A stretch of 53,071 nucleotides of DNA from Catajapyx aquilonaris. Taxonomy: Eukaryota. Location of the stretch: the NCBI GenBank assembly GCA_000934665.2, contig JYFJ02002666.1, positions 1 to 53,071 on the forward strand, given 5' to 3'. The position numbers and the translations under genes are program-made. Positions within the stretch are counted from its first letter, which is position 1; each line of letters begins with the position of its first letter. Shown in pieces: positions 1-13,395 of this stretch. The notes below the pieces were generated by a model. That model did no database searches. It was not told the origin of the DNA and worked only from the letters and a program-made list of their open reading frames with translations.

Positions 1-2065
1 CCATTTTGAATCCAATATATTTCAATTTGGTGAAGTTCAAGCGTAGATTTTTACAAATTAGGCAAATACCATCGAGGTACAACATGGAACAGATCCTTTA
101 GTGCAAGGTAACGCCTTGTGTTTGTCCATTTACTAGATTATGACACCAAGCCTTAATGTCCGTGCAAGGCCCGCGCAACAATACAGCCCGCAAGTCCAAT
201 TAGCACCCAATTGTGTTTGATTTCCGCAAAACTACCCGCTTTCTCCTTTTTCTTTTATTTTTTTTAAAAGTCTGCGCACATATTAGCACAGTGTACTAAA
301 CGAGAGAAATTTTCTGGTTAGAACTCGTGCAGTAAAATTACCCGGAGGAAAATAAGCGGGTAGGTGAAAATGAAGAGGTGGCGGGTATGTTGAAATTCGG
401 GCATACCACTTATCACCTTCCTATGGTGCGCAAAAAGATGGCGAATCGTGTTCGGTAGCATACGTGCTGCCCTCTACTTAAAAAAATAAAGTTTTGATTT
501 AAAAAAAAGGGTCGACGTGCCCCTTAATTGGCTGGAGGTGTGAAATCAGAGCGTCTTCTTACACGCTTCATTGGCGCTGCGGGCTTTTAAATTGCCATTG
601 ACGACCGATTCCGGGGACATGATGGGGCAGACACATTGCCCGGAAAAAAAACTAATGGTGGAACGTGAGTGGTAAAAGTGAGATAATCAGGAATCGAGGA
701 TTTTCACGGTTTTAGCGCGCAGTAAAAATTGGCCACTTGTTACTTTGCTGCAGTTCTACTTCCTTCATTGCAGTTACTAAACGTGATATTTGCCAGAAAT
801 GAGCAAATTGGAGGTATAAAACTGAGTTGCGGGCAACAATGATGTCATTCGCAGGTCATCTTTGCTGAAATTGCACAGTCGCCCTACTGATGACAACATG
901 TTTATTACACCCGGATTAGGCCGGACCCACAGTAAAACCAATATAAGTTTTCTCCTTCCAGACTTCCTGACAATCTCTACGTAGCACCTCCAGCCCTGTC
1001 TTATATGTACTGATATCTATTGTGATCAACTAAACTGTACAGACATACGAGACACATGCAGTGATTTATTATTTGTAACATGAAAAAAATTGTACTTAGT
1101 AATATTTAATTATGATTTGGCGCAGTATAGCCTCTTCTGATTTTGTGCCATAAAACCTCAATATCAATCAAAACTATCAACAGAAAATAGCAATTTTCTT
1201 TTCAACATACTTAAGGTCCATTGTTGACAAACTGTGTGGCATTCTATCAGTAGTAAGTAGATTGTTTCTTATCTGCACAAATACGCATTGTGAGACAGGG
1301 AGGTATCACTCTTTACATTTCGGCACAATGTTTATTTCCATTGATAGTACTGCTTCCATGCAATGATTACTTAAAATTGGCACCTAATAACATGCTATAT
1401 CCGTCACGTTAAATTGCCATGACTGCCCCCTCAACACATTGCGAAAGGCCTTGTCTAAACCAACACAATTAACATATTCTCATGCGCATTTTCAACTACT
1501 AATCTAGTGTAAAATGAGGCATGAGTGAAAGTGGGCTGAGTAACCCTAAAATTACAGCTCCCTTTTTCTGATTCTTTTACAACCGGATAAAAACAAGTGG
1601 AACAATGTCCACAGCTACTTGGCGTGATGGCAAAACTGAATGTAAGCCAAACCATGCTAATCAATCCCTTGCCACTGTAATTGACCGTCGCAATTACTAT
1701 TAGGTCGAGTAGGCCAATGACGTAGTCCTCAGCATATCAAAGGACATTCCCGCCCGCTGTAAAACTATTGGCTAGATTTATTGACGATTAGCTAGATGCA
1801 GTCCAACACCAAGCCTAATGTTAACACAATATCGTATAATTGAGGTCCTAATCATAAATGGCTCAATCACTAAAAAGTGAATGTCCCCACAATTCACGCC
1901 CAATTACAATATAAGTAATCACATCCTAATGTCCTAAATATTGCGGTTAAGCCATACACAGTATGGTTTCAAATGAGCATTTCCTTGGTACCGCACTGTA
2001 CCCACCGATCTGATTGGTGGACTCTACCAATCAGATAGCCCGGTGTGGAGTTCAGGGGGAGAGAA

Positions 2066-2833
2066 CAGTGCTGGCCAAAATTATTTGCATCCCTCCATTT
2101 TTGGTCCCATTTGTGCTGTCAACAGCTCATGGACCACCTCACCTCCTGCTCACGATGCATAAAGGCGTGCATGTTCCATCCCGCCCGTGAACCGCAATGG
2201 TCTTTCTTTTTGCGCCATCCGGAGGCCCGGGAAATAAAATAATTTGTCTGTGAATAGGCACCTGGGCAAGGGGTGCAGCAGGAGGCAACGCACTCAGCTC
2301 TTTTCATTCGATGCTCGACCGCGACTTCCCTCGACCATCGCCGGCCATCATTGCCTAATTGCCAGGGATTTTCCAGTAGTGCGCCGGATAAGCTGTGTCG
2401 TGGTAAAAACACGGGAAATGGGGCCAAAAATTGAGCAAAAACATTGGGCGTGCTGGGATTGGCTACGGACTCGGATGGAGGCGCTCTCGTTAACCTTCTA
2501 CTCGTCGCCTCGCCGTGACTCGGATCACACCTAGAAAAACGGAGACACTTTTCTCCTCCGATGTGTTGCAAACACGCGTGTCTGTCAGCATCCAGGTGTG
2601 ACCTCTCTCTACCTGCCGCCATCCCTTTTTTCGACAACGGGGTGCCACCTTTCAGGAGCCGACAAAGGCAGAGATTTATGCGGGTGTCTATTACGGTACG
2701 CCCGTGTATGGATGCTCACGGATTATGGATTGGTCACGTCAGTAAACAGTGTACTGCTCTGGACTAAATCTAGCTTTAAAATGTGAGCTCAGGATTTGTC
2801 CGTTACAAGTACAAACATTTTTGGCCAGCACTG
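2066..2833. mobile_element. Non-autonomous Tc1/mariner-like DNA element (~770 bp)
   Basis: Terminal inverted repeats CAGTGCTGGCCAAAATTATTTGCA (2066-2089) and its near complement ending TTTTGGCCAGCACTG at 2833 (first 15 nt perfect, about 21/24 overall). TA follows the right end; the left flank is AA. The first 15 nt match the Tc1 TIR start as I recall it. No recognisable transposase ORF inside. Confidence 0.75.
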
Positions 2834-5800
2834 TACATAACCGCTTAGAATATCGTCTAGATATCGCCCATACATTGTCATCATAACAGATATCTTCTTA
2901 TCGTAATATTGCAAACACACCCAGGTTTAATTGCGGTATGATCCACCTTCTATCTACTAGATCAGCTCATAGCTCATAGTAGAGATAAAGTGAGCAATAC
3001 CAGTGCAATATGTTGGCGATAATAGACCGGGCGAGATATCGGGCGTATGGATTAATGAGTTGGGGCAATAAAGTAGAGGGCATTTCCTGGAGGCCATGGC
3101 AGGGAATGAAGTTATCAACCAATGGAGAAGCTGTTAATATTTCAGGTGATTGCGGGGCGCAACGCCCTCGTCCATCCCGCGCCCCCTTTCCGCCCAATAG
3201 GGGGAATTATGAACCTGCCTAACGAGGCAAAAGTGCGCGCGTCTAATGAGCTCGCCATGCAAATTGCCTCCAGGCAGCCCCCCAAAATGGCTCGTTTTGT
3301 TTACACGCGGGGGTCTTGGCGGTGATGCCAGATCATCTGATATAAGCATGATTGGGGGGGCGATAGTATCGTCGTTGTTGATAAGAAAGGAGTCGCTCCG
3401 TGTCTCGTTTTTCCTGTCCCGTTCGCGTCGTTTTTCAAAAACTGTATTTGTTGGCAAGCAATGGTAGATTGTCGTATCTGGAGTCGTATCGCGAGTGTTC
3501 GTGATATCCGGCTTACGGGTCAAACGACGTCTGATCATATGCGGGATCGGTAATCCTAGATTTGCAACCTGTAATCAGTACATGTGTGCAATTTTGAAAG
3601 TTGTGTTGGAGAGTAGCTTATTGATACTGTTTGGAACGGTCTCCCCGCTTCAGAAGATATTTTAGCAACATAGCTCTTTTTTATATAGAAAAGATCAGAT
3701 CACGCATAAAAATGATCGAAAGATTACATCATAAGATTGGCCATCATTGACATTGTCGCCAGTTCTGTTGAGCTGTTTGATAAATACGTAAATCTATAAT
3801 ATTTAAGATTAGGCCTATTTAAGGTTTCGCATCTGAAAGGCCAAGTCTTAACCCATCTCTAAATTCCAGACTAATATAAGAAGTTCTGCAATAATGTGAG
3901 TCCTATTGACTTATTCACGTGGACCAAAAAGACATGTGAAGTACTGAAACTTTTGAGTCTGATCACTATCCTCCTCAGACCCGCATGAGTTATATTCAAC
4001 ATACATGTTCCAAATGTTGTGTCTATGTATAATTTCGCGCTCGGAACAGAAAACCATCCCATACATTTTTCAAAATTCTGCACCATTGTTGAGTTAGAGG
4101 ACTGAATGCATGCAATACATTGGGTCTTATAGAAGTCTGATATAAAATGTGTTATTGCTAGCAATACACGAAACAACTTTCATATCTCAACACCTCTTAT
4201 TCTGTGTGGTAAAGTGCGAAACAGTTGCGGAATTTTTGACAGAGAAAAACGTGGAATTGGGCACACTTTGTACGCCAGAAAAATTTGCAGCTTTTTTCTT
4301 GCATATGTATGTATATACATACACATGTAATTATTTTTGTTATTATTATAATTTCTGTTGTTGATAAAATGTGATCAAAGTAAAATGTTAAGGACATATT
4401 TGGGCTCATGTAAATAATTTTTTTGTTATGGTCTGGCACTGTAACACTCGCATTGAGACACAAAGTATTTGCTTGCAATACTTGGACTTTACTGCCCTGT
4501 AGTTGCAGTTATAAAGACTATCAAACTTGCAACCACAACATTGTCTTCCCTGAGGTATTCAACCTAAATACGTATAGTTATATTTTCAAAAAAATGAATG
4601 CATTATCTACGAATTTTAGTATTTCCCTGAGCGTGGCGCACGACCACCAAAGTCGCCGCCATCTTTTATCTAGTCAGTAGATGGCTTTGGTGGTGTCACC
4701 TGTTGGTGGTGTTGTTTGGACATAGACGGTGAAGTCCCTTTATCAAAAGTATGCCTGCACAAACTGCACACACGCGATAATGTGACCAAGATGATTTTAA
4801 GAAGTTATTCAGAGATTCTTCGCACTTTGTGCAATGCAAATATTCTAATGTACAGATCATTTTTCTGAGCAACTGCTGAGCAATTTGGGTTGGGTCAAGT
4901 ATTGGAAACGTTGAGTATAGGCTACTTCAACCATTATGCCCCTTCACTATTGGCATACTCCAATCGTTACACCGAAACTTGACGGACAACGTCTGACTTG
5001 CAGCCAATTACGACTCATTGTGACTTTTCAGCTCAGAATTTGTCCCTGAAGACGAGATGATATCATTATGCAAGGGTTTAACCTGGACGACGCCTCGGTG
5101 GGACGCGGTTCCAAGCGCCAAACATCCAAGCATCATCTTGGGATAGGCCATTCAGAGGTGCTTATTACTGACTTGGGTTCAGCCCAAATCGCATGGCATC
5201 TATATATAGCTGCCTTAAAAACAATTAGCGGGTTATCAACTTTTCAAAAGACCCTTCAGTATAAAAATATATACTTGGGATTCTGGTTGCATTATTTGAT
5301 AAGCCTGATTCTGGCCTGGCAATGTTATAAAATTCTTAACTTGCAGAATTACTCATTGTAAACGTTAAGGAATATTTCATGAAATTAATGATTGCTCAAC
5401 TCGGTCTTGACAATGTGGCGATCCCTAATATGAGGGAATGCAATAGGAAACCATTAAGTCACACACGATAGCTTATACGTAATGTAAAGTTAGCACACCG
5501 TGTGCAATTCCAAGAAATTGAGCACGTTTCTAAAGTTACCAAAAAATTAACATACGACTGTCTAATATTCCTGATGCTTTCTCGGGCCATTTCAAGCTAA
5601 AAATTGAAAATTGGTGATTTTTATATCCTGATGTCTCAGGTGGGAGTCTAATTAGGCAAAAAAATGAGTTTCACGAGTTTTTTTAAATCTGTGAGTTATG
5701 ATTATTAAGAACAACGTCACTATAAATTATCGCTATCAATTCTGACACCAATCCTGGCATCCATCCCTTATAATTTTTCCACGATCTCAGAAATAAACAG

Positions 5801-7893
5801 ACATTATAAGTACAGTATAGGTAGAGCTGCTGTATTTCGTACTCTGTTTTCAATGCAGAATGTTTGACATATTATTATCATACGGTACTTCACAACTTAC
5901 ACAAAAAAACAACACACAAATGCTATATGTCTTCAGCAGCAGAAAATTACTATACGGTCAAGAGAAAAAGGTCAAAAACCGCCAAAAATGGTTAGAAATC
6001 GTATGTATACATCAGAGGAGAGTAGCTCCATTCCTATTGGATATGCGCGAGTAGGCGACACGACCATTTACGGGCACGCAGAGTGTCACCCGACATGCTT
6101 ATGGCAGGACAAGTACCTCTGACTGGTGATACAGCAATAGGTTAATCAAGACATTTATGCACTAGAATCCGGGTCTTTGCTACTGAGGCAATATAATAGG
6201 CATGATTATAATTTTATATACGTCTGTGCTACCGACTATTAATAGTAACATTCATAATTACACATCAATCTATAATAGGACATCAATAACTGACATTCCC
6301 AAACAGCTATGTAGGTCTATAATAGATGTATCCTATATTGAGGTCCAAGCCAACTGTGATAAGCAACGTAAAAACAAGGACAGTGTTAGTATTAATGTAT
6401 TGCTTAATTAATCTAAAACTGTTCTATGACCTTTACTGAGTGACAGGACTAACGAGTCTACCGAAGCCCACCCGTGCAGATTTTCATCTCATTAGCCATT
6501 TCACTTACGGACCACATGTCACACGTAAGTGAATAAATCACACAAATCATTGACACAATAATTCCGCATCGATTAAACGATTATCATTTTGCAACGTGGT
6601 AAACTGTGTAGTGTCTGGGCATACCCAAAGTATTTCTGGCCACGTACAAAAATGCAGAAAGCCTTGACCCTTCGGTCCGTACAACATGAGGACGGAAAGG
6701 ATGAGAAGGAAAAGTTGGCACGTTGGAATTGGAAACGCAGAGTCGAAAGGTAATGAGCGCAAACGGTGGAAAATTGTGGCTGTACAAGACAGTAATGGTC
6801 CCTTTTTTACGACTGTACCTCCCTCCTCCATGACGGGAAAATTGGTTAACTGATTAGGATAATGCGTACCGAGTTTGGGAACTCTTGTTTTATATTTCTG
6901 TTTTTTTCCCTTTTGTTTGCCGCTGCTCCCTTAAACTTTACCCAAACTGCAATTAAAATATATCCACTAATTATAAACTGCCGTTTAGCATTCTCGACAG
7001 CACGCCTTGGTATTTTATGTGCCCCATGTTTTTCTGGAAAGCCCCTTCTGGCTGCCAATCTCTCTTCCTTTTATTGCCTTGTTTTGCTATTCAAATGAGC
7101 GGTGAAAGCCACTGTCGCCGCGAACGTAATTAAATTCTTACCCGACTTAATGGGTCGGCTTTACGTGTAATGAGAATCCGTGTGCCGATCGTCTATTGAC
7201 AGGCACCGGTAGCCATCTAAACAGTCGTGACGACATGATCGTCACGATTGTTAAACAAATCTTCGGAATTCTGTTTGTACATAAGAGACTGACAGCCCAA
7301 TTCTGGCGGTGGCTGAACCCCCCCTTCAACAAAGGATGCTCCTTCCGTGAGACTAATTACCCCCCATAACAATACCTTCCCAGAAAAACCCTCCCTTTGA
7401 TGGCGGGCGTCCTTCCTAGAAGACTCCCCATGATGTTTGGCTAGATGGTTTCACATGCATCATGGAGTCGGCCTACTAGTTGACAATGTGTGTCAGACGA
7501 GGACCTCCCGCTGGACCGGACAAATGTCTCCTTTTGTCCTCGACGACTGTCACCTTAACCAGATAACAGGTAGCAGCTGTTGGTTCCATTATTGGGCCTG
7601 ATTGTTTCCTAAGGACTGTCACGGGCTGGAAGAGGAAGTGGCGAGCAAGACCACAAAAGGGGAAGGACAATGATTCGGTTTAATTGACGGATTGAAAGGC
7701 CCTCTTCTTCTTCGCGGGGGGTGGTAATATAGGATGTATTGAGGCAGGGAGGTTTGAAGGACGGCACTGACAGGAGAAAAGCACGTTTAGCACAATGGCC
7801 CTGACCATTTTGTGCATGTCAAATGATGGTGTCGATTCTGCAAGGATCGAGTTAGGTTAGGTCCGCTACGGACTTGTCGAGACACGCCCAGGT

Positions 7894-8039
7894 GCATATA
7901 GGCAAACCCCAAGTGGTACCCGCAACCGGCCCATAGGTTTGTGTATCCGCTGCAGATGGGGCTGTATCCGCAAGGTTCGGTTAGTTTAGGGCCGGTTGCG
8001 GCGAGGGTTGCGGGGATCACTTGGGGTTTGGCAATATGC
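7894..8039. mobile_element. Small fold-back element / MITE relic
   Basis: Left arm GCATATAGGCAAACCCCAAGTGGTACCCGCAACC pairs with right arm GGTTGCGGGGATCACTTGGGGTTTGGCAATATGC (30/34). A perfect 13-bp pair CCGCAACCGGCCC / GGGCCGGTTGCGG lies further in. Confidence 0.6.
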
Positions 8040-8920
8040 CGCCAGGGCAGGCCAGGACCATTGCTGTCCCAACCGACATGCCCGACCGGTCAACAACAAC
8101 ACCTCAATATGTAACATGTCCTTACATGAGCAGATGCCAGTTTTTATCACACACATAACACCTGCGCCATAAAATTCTTAACTATAATAATACAGGCATA
8201 AGTAATTAGCTTCTAATGGCGGTGCTTGTATTTACGAGCGGAGGCTAGGATGGTACGGAAACATTGGAGGGTTGGAAGCGGACGTAGGCCCGTATTATAC
8301 GTGATGGAGGGTAAGGTGGCGAGGGCCGCCCCGGGGCTGGGTATAAGTCAGGCGGCTGGGCGTCCTCGTAAATTCTCATCAAGGATGGCGCCGACAGCTT
8401 GGACCTAAGATTCATAATTTTTTTTTGTGTGGGTTGGTTTGCTTGGACCATTGGCAGTCAGCAGCAGCCACAGGAGTTGGTCTGCTGCTTCTTTTCCAAC
8501 TGGTTTTTGCCTTTGCCCTGACTTTTTCTTTGTCTAATTTTGGTTGGGAGCGTGATTGCACGAAAGCGGTGGTATGGACATAATATTGACCTCCTGTGGA
8601 CCAGGATTGCATTATTAAGCCTAACAGTCTTAGAATTTGACATGCCAATTTGGTACCATAACACGACAGAAAGTCGATATGCGTTATAATTCTGGCAGGT
8701 TCAAAGAGGGCGTATGTGTTTACGATATTTAGGTTTAACTAAATGCATCCTAATATAACAGGCAATTGTGATATTAATAAAATAATGCTGAGAAAAATTG
8801 TAGGCCTACATGAGACGCAATATTTATGTGCAGTATTATCTTTAGAAGGTCAAAGAATGAAGAAAGAAAGAATGCAAAATATCTAATGTTGCGTACTGCA
8901 AATCAGGTGATACAGTATTT

Positions 8921-9179
8921 TATTTATTTATATTTATTTATACCCCATTGGGAGAATCGGCTCTCCGTTAGGGGGTTGGAGTACCACCATTGGATGGAGC
9001 CAAGGATGGGGGAAGGAAGGAGGCGGCTGTGGACTATTAATTATACGGAAACAACCCCGGAATTATCCTGGGGGGACCGTGGAAAACCACGGTCAGGGTT
9101 GCCGACCCAGGGATTCGAACCCAGGACCTCCCGATTAGCAGTCAGGCTCCTTAACCACCACGCACCACTTGCTTCGGTT
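8921..9179 (-). mobile_element. tRNA-derived SINE, copy A
   Basis: Minus strand reads ACCGAAGCAAGTGGTGCGTGGTGGTTAAGGAGCCTGACTGCTAATCGGGAGGTCCTGGGTTCGAATCCC (A- and B-box-like motifs), then a body shared with the copies at 14042 and 33843, and a (TAAA)n-like tail. A 15-bp TSD GGTGATACAGTATTT sits at 8906-8920 and 9180-9194. Confidence 0.9.
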
Positions 9180-10584
9180 GGTGATACAGTATTTCTTGAC
9201 ACTAAAACTGCATACAATGCGCATTGGGACATTGCCCATATTGCATTTTGCACCAGCACACAAGTATTCAAAAATACTGTATCTATATTAATTCCATTGC
9301 AAATACAGAAAGCTTTAATGATGAATTTTTCACATCGTGCAATACCGGCACTTAAATTATTGCTCCAATACTGGTAATTATCCGAAATGAATTCGTAGCA
9401 AAATCAAAATAACCAAATAATTTACATTCAATTTAAAAAGGATGTGTTACCCTTTTTGATGGGGTATTTATTATTATTACTTCAGTTTATGTTACCTCCT
9501 TGTTTACATCTCAGGGAGGGGCTCTATACTCCGAATGTACAAATTGGGCATTGAAACAATTTAACAAACAGTGGAAATGTATGACATTACAATAATGCAT
9601 AGCATGAAAGTTTTCCTTAAAGAAAAACAAATTTTAGAAAAAAGAAATTATTACTACTAACAACAATGAAAACAGTAGCCAATTACTTACACATGGGCAT
9701 AGACTTTATATGGAGTAAGTAATCTTCAATACGCCTGATCTTTTATTATTACTATACTGTCGGCCCACATTATCCGCTAGGGATTGGTTCTTCTTGGGAC
9801 CTTCCGCGGATGCTCAAGTACATGGCGGTGTTTATGTATACTGTATATGTCTAATCTATGGACATCATCCAGTACACTTTAATCATCTCTAGATCACTTA
9901 AAATGACTAAAACAATGCAAACGCAACATAAACAGATGTAACAGGCCTACAACTGTACTGTATGCTGGTTGGGCGTGCGGCAAATTCAAGAATGGCTTTT
10001 TTAAAATTGGATTACCTCCCTCCCCTCCGAATATTGTCGATTGGCCGTTGGTTGAATCTGCAGATATCAGCAATCATGAAATATTTGCATATAATAATTA
10101 TAACATGAGCCTTGCCTCATAGTTGCAGCTCCTCAAGGGCAGAATTCCAAAAGTGAAATAGTGTAATACAATCCATATTTTCATATTAATTTAAATCACT
10201 TTCAAGCATCATAACTGAATGCTATAAGTGAACCATGCCTCTCAGACATGTTACGCAGGCCTAAGACAATCCCACGTCAAAAGCGATAGAAAGTTTCCCT
10301 AATCATGAATAGGTTTGTGCTCCAAATTAGCCGACACCAAGACCCCATTCATCAGTCTCCCCGATTCCCTTCGCACATGAACAAGTGAATGAACTCTCAC
10401 TGATGCTTTAGTTGACACCAATTGGGGGTAAATAATCCGTTAGACTTCGCTCTCTCCCAAACTGTCAAATGTTGTAGCACCACGTGTTTCATCGCCCCAG
10501 TACCCAATGTGCCTATTAATTGTTGTGTTATTATCTATTGTTTCTCACTTCTTACTAGGCCTAGTTCCTACTGTTAAGACTTAC

Positions 10585-10717
10585 CAACTGGTTGATGGTC
10601 ACAGTCGGCCACGATGTTCCGGATGGAGAAGAGCGCCTTGGCTGGCCTGCACCCGACCTTACTGTTGACCTGTGCCTCGATGCCCGCCTGGGCCCTGACC
10701 CGAGTGCTCAGATCCAT
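10585..10717 (-). CDS. Probable first coding exon of an eh1-motif transcriptional repressor (homeobox/Fox/T-box/zinc-finger class; identity unknown)
   Basis: ATG at 10717 gives MDLSTRVRAQAGIEAQVNSKVGCRPAKALFSIRNIVADCDHQPV followed by G|GTAAGT (perfect donor, phase 1). FSIRNIV fits the eh1 consensus FS(I/V)xxI(L/M/V). The exon lies in a GC-rich island. Downstream exons were not located in the window. Confidence 0.55.
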
Positions 10718-11605
10718 TCGGACTGGACCCGGCAAAGTCAGTTCAGCAGAAGCACATGCTGCACCCACCGGTCATCCTCACTGTCCCACAGTGGTCGGTT
10801 TAGTAGGGGGGTATCGCACGCACCACAGGAGGGACAGGAGGGGGGATGGGAAGGTGAGGGGGGGGGGGTTTGGCGGACAACTCCTTCACTTGTGGACGGC
10901 AGGGTGTTTTTTTTGTGTCTGCGGTGAAGGCATGTGGGTGCCAGCGCGGCTCCTCCTGGTTACACCTGTGCAGGTGGACGGCCAATGGGACCACTCCGAT
11001 CGGGAGGGAGGAGGGAACGCCTCCCTAATCAAGGGTTGCTCAAGGGAGGGGCGAGGGACCAGGCCAAAATGGAGATACTTTCACACGGGGATGGAGGTAT
11101 GGCACATGTGAGGTCCATTAGGGTTCGGAACTACTCAATCGATGCGATAAGGGATGGAGTTTCATGTCATACAATGCTGTAAGAGCTGGTACTGTACGAA
11201 TCAAATATCAGAATTATAAAGTAAACTTGTATACAATGTGTCTGAAAAGTCTTGTTGGCAAATATCGAGTTGGACTACACCACAGAATTCACGCAATATG
11301 GAACATGAGATATTAGAATGGGCACTCAGATAAAACCGTGTTGTCGCATGTCGATCAAGGCTATACGTCCCGTGTGCTTGTGATATTGCGCGAGTGCACG
11401 TTAAAGATCCCCATAGTGGCCAAATTTCTAGGAGGAGTACCACCCCCTGGCGTCGATGTTGAGCCTTGCGGCAGAAATAGGCCGACGTTAAGCCGCCCAC
11501 TAAAGTACGAGCGTATACACTATTTGCGCCATACAAATATTAGCTTACATACCGTATAATTATATACTCGTATGTACTGTACGTTTTGAATGCACGGCAA
11601 GAAAG

Positions 11606-11675
11606 GTGCATCAGCCTTGCAAAAACGTAACATGGATTGTCGTATCCATATTACGTTTTTGCAAGGCTGATGTAC
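11606..11675. repeat. 70-nt near-perfect inverted repeat (32-bp arms, 6-nt loop)
   Basis: GTGCATCAGCCTTGCAAAAACGTAACATGGAT-tgtcgt-ATCCATATTACGTTTTTGCAAGGCTGATGTAC; 30/32 Watson-Crick pairs. Confidence 0.9.
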
Positions 11676-13395
11676 ACGTAATAGGTCAATAATCCTTGTG
11701 ATGACATCTTGTATAATTTATAAGAAGAATTTTTCCATCTCTCCTGGACGACTTCTGCGCCTTATGGGAACAGGTAACCATAACCACGAATATAATATGA
11801 TAATATCTTACACAGATGTTATTTTGTACGTATAAATAGTTTGAGTTGAATTAAAGATTTTTACTATAATGTTATACAACACGGTGCACTGCACAAGTCC
11901 CAGTTTAATATAGGAGGAAAGAAACAGTTTTTATGGATTATTTACTCCTATATACAAACAGAGAAGAAACCACACAAGTGAATGTATATCCCTCATTGTT
12001 GTTCCAAATTAGTAAAATCAAATAATAACTGGTTACTGCTGGTAAAAGAAATAATAACTTTTTCCTCTGCCCCGTCTTGAACTGACTTGTATAGTATATA
12101 TAGCATATACTTGGGTATCGCATCACCATCCTCTCTCGATCTATGCAGCTATAACTCAGCTTCTTTAAAAAAAATATCTAGCTGAAATTTAGTTTCAGAT
12201 TGTAAGAGGTATTGCCATTACAAGAGTAAATGAACATAACAATTTGAAAACATAATGGATTGGAACGCCCAGAATAAAGACATCGTGTAGCGTCCGCCAC
12301 ATTTGATTATATATACTATTCCGTACCATACATGTTTCTGATACAGTGTGAATAAATGTAGTCTTATATTGCACACGACACACAAAAATTAGCTAGAAGG
12401 CCGGACCCAAACAAATACACAATGAGTTGCCTTATACAATAAAACGAGACCTAATTTCTTATATTTTGTCCCATATAATAACACCTCTTCATATGTTCAT
12501 ATCTGTACCAGATCAAACTCACAAAATATCTGGAGATCCAGATTGATTCATATCAATTAGTCTATATACGCATATCGCCCTATATCACTATAAACTTGGT
12601 GAATACATTGTCCTCTTCAGTTAACGACTTTTAGCACAAAGCTGCTTATTTTAAGCAATACTTTGGAACAGTTACTTTCATGGACTCGACATGATTTGCC
12701 AACAAAATAGTAAATTTAATAGAATTTCGGAAGACTCGTATTCGGGTTGCCGACACCCGTAATAAATTTGAAGGTGTATTTATTGGATAATTCCGAATAT
12801 TCACGACCTGATCTATATACTGTAGGCTATACTCACAAAAATAGGCGTGTGCTATATGATGTGCGATCAAGGGGGTAATCACTCGACTGAAAAGTGTCCA
12901 CTGGAGGACCATAATTATTCATGGAGTACCAAGGAGTAATAAAGAGTGAGGTACCTGAGGAGTACCAGGGAGTACCACTCGCAGGAGTACACCGGATTAC
13001 CGAAGTGATTATTAGCCCCTTGTGTGCGATTATCCTGATCGGAATCCTTGCATCAATTTTTTCGAGGTGACTGTGATTACAAATATAGGTACTTGCTGAT
13101 TTTTTGCAAGTACGTGATTCAGCTGAATGACTAGCATTGATAGTTTTTTCAGCAAGATGAAGCAACTAACGTGTCACACGCCGATCAGAGCGCGAATGAA
13201 ATGCAAAACTTTCTTGAAAACTGAGAATTTTGAAAGGATTGTGGTCAACCTAATCGCCAAACATGACGATCAGTTACATAATTGACTTTTGGAGATTGCA
13301 TTATCCCTTATGCCGCTTACGGGCTAAAAGTTTTTAAGTTTCATTCGGGGGCTGTAATTTTATATTAGTAATCTGACTTGACCATTGCATAATAT

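Noticed and set aside
9100..9170. tRNA gene (Ser-GCT-like), also at ~14045 and ~33850
   Set aside because: The acceptor stem is not intact, and each head continues into a shared body with a simple-repeat tail and TSDs. These are SINE heads, not tRNA genes.
8826..9377. 183-aa plus-strand ORF
   Set aside because: It runs antisense through SINE copy A and has no protein-like features.
10614..11111. 165-aa plus-strand ORF and overlapping ORFs
   Set aside because: Stop-poor GC-rich sequence with no recognisable motif; better explained as the antisense of the eh1 exon and its leader.
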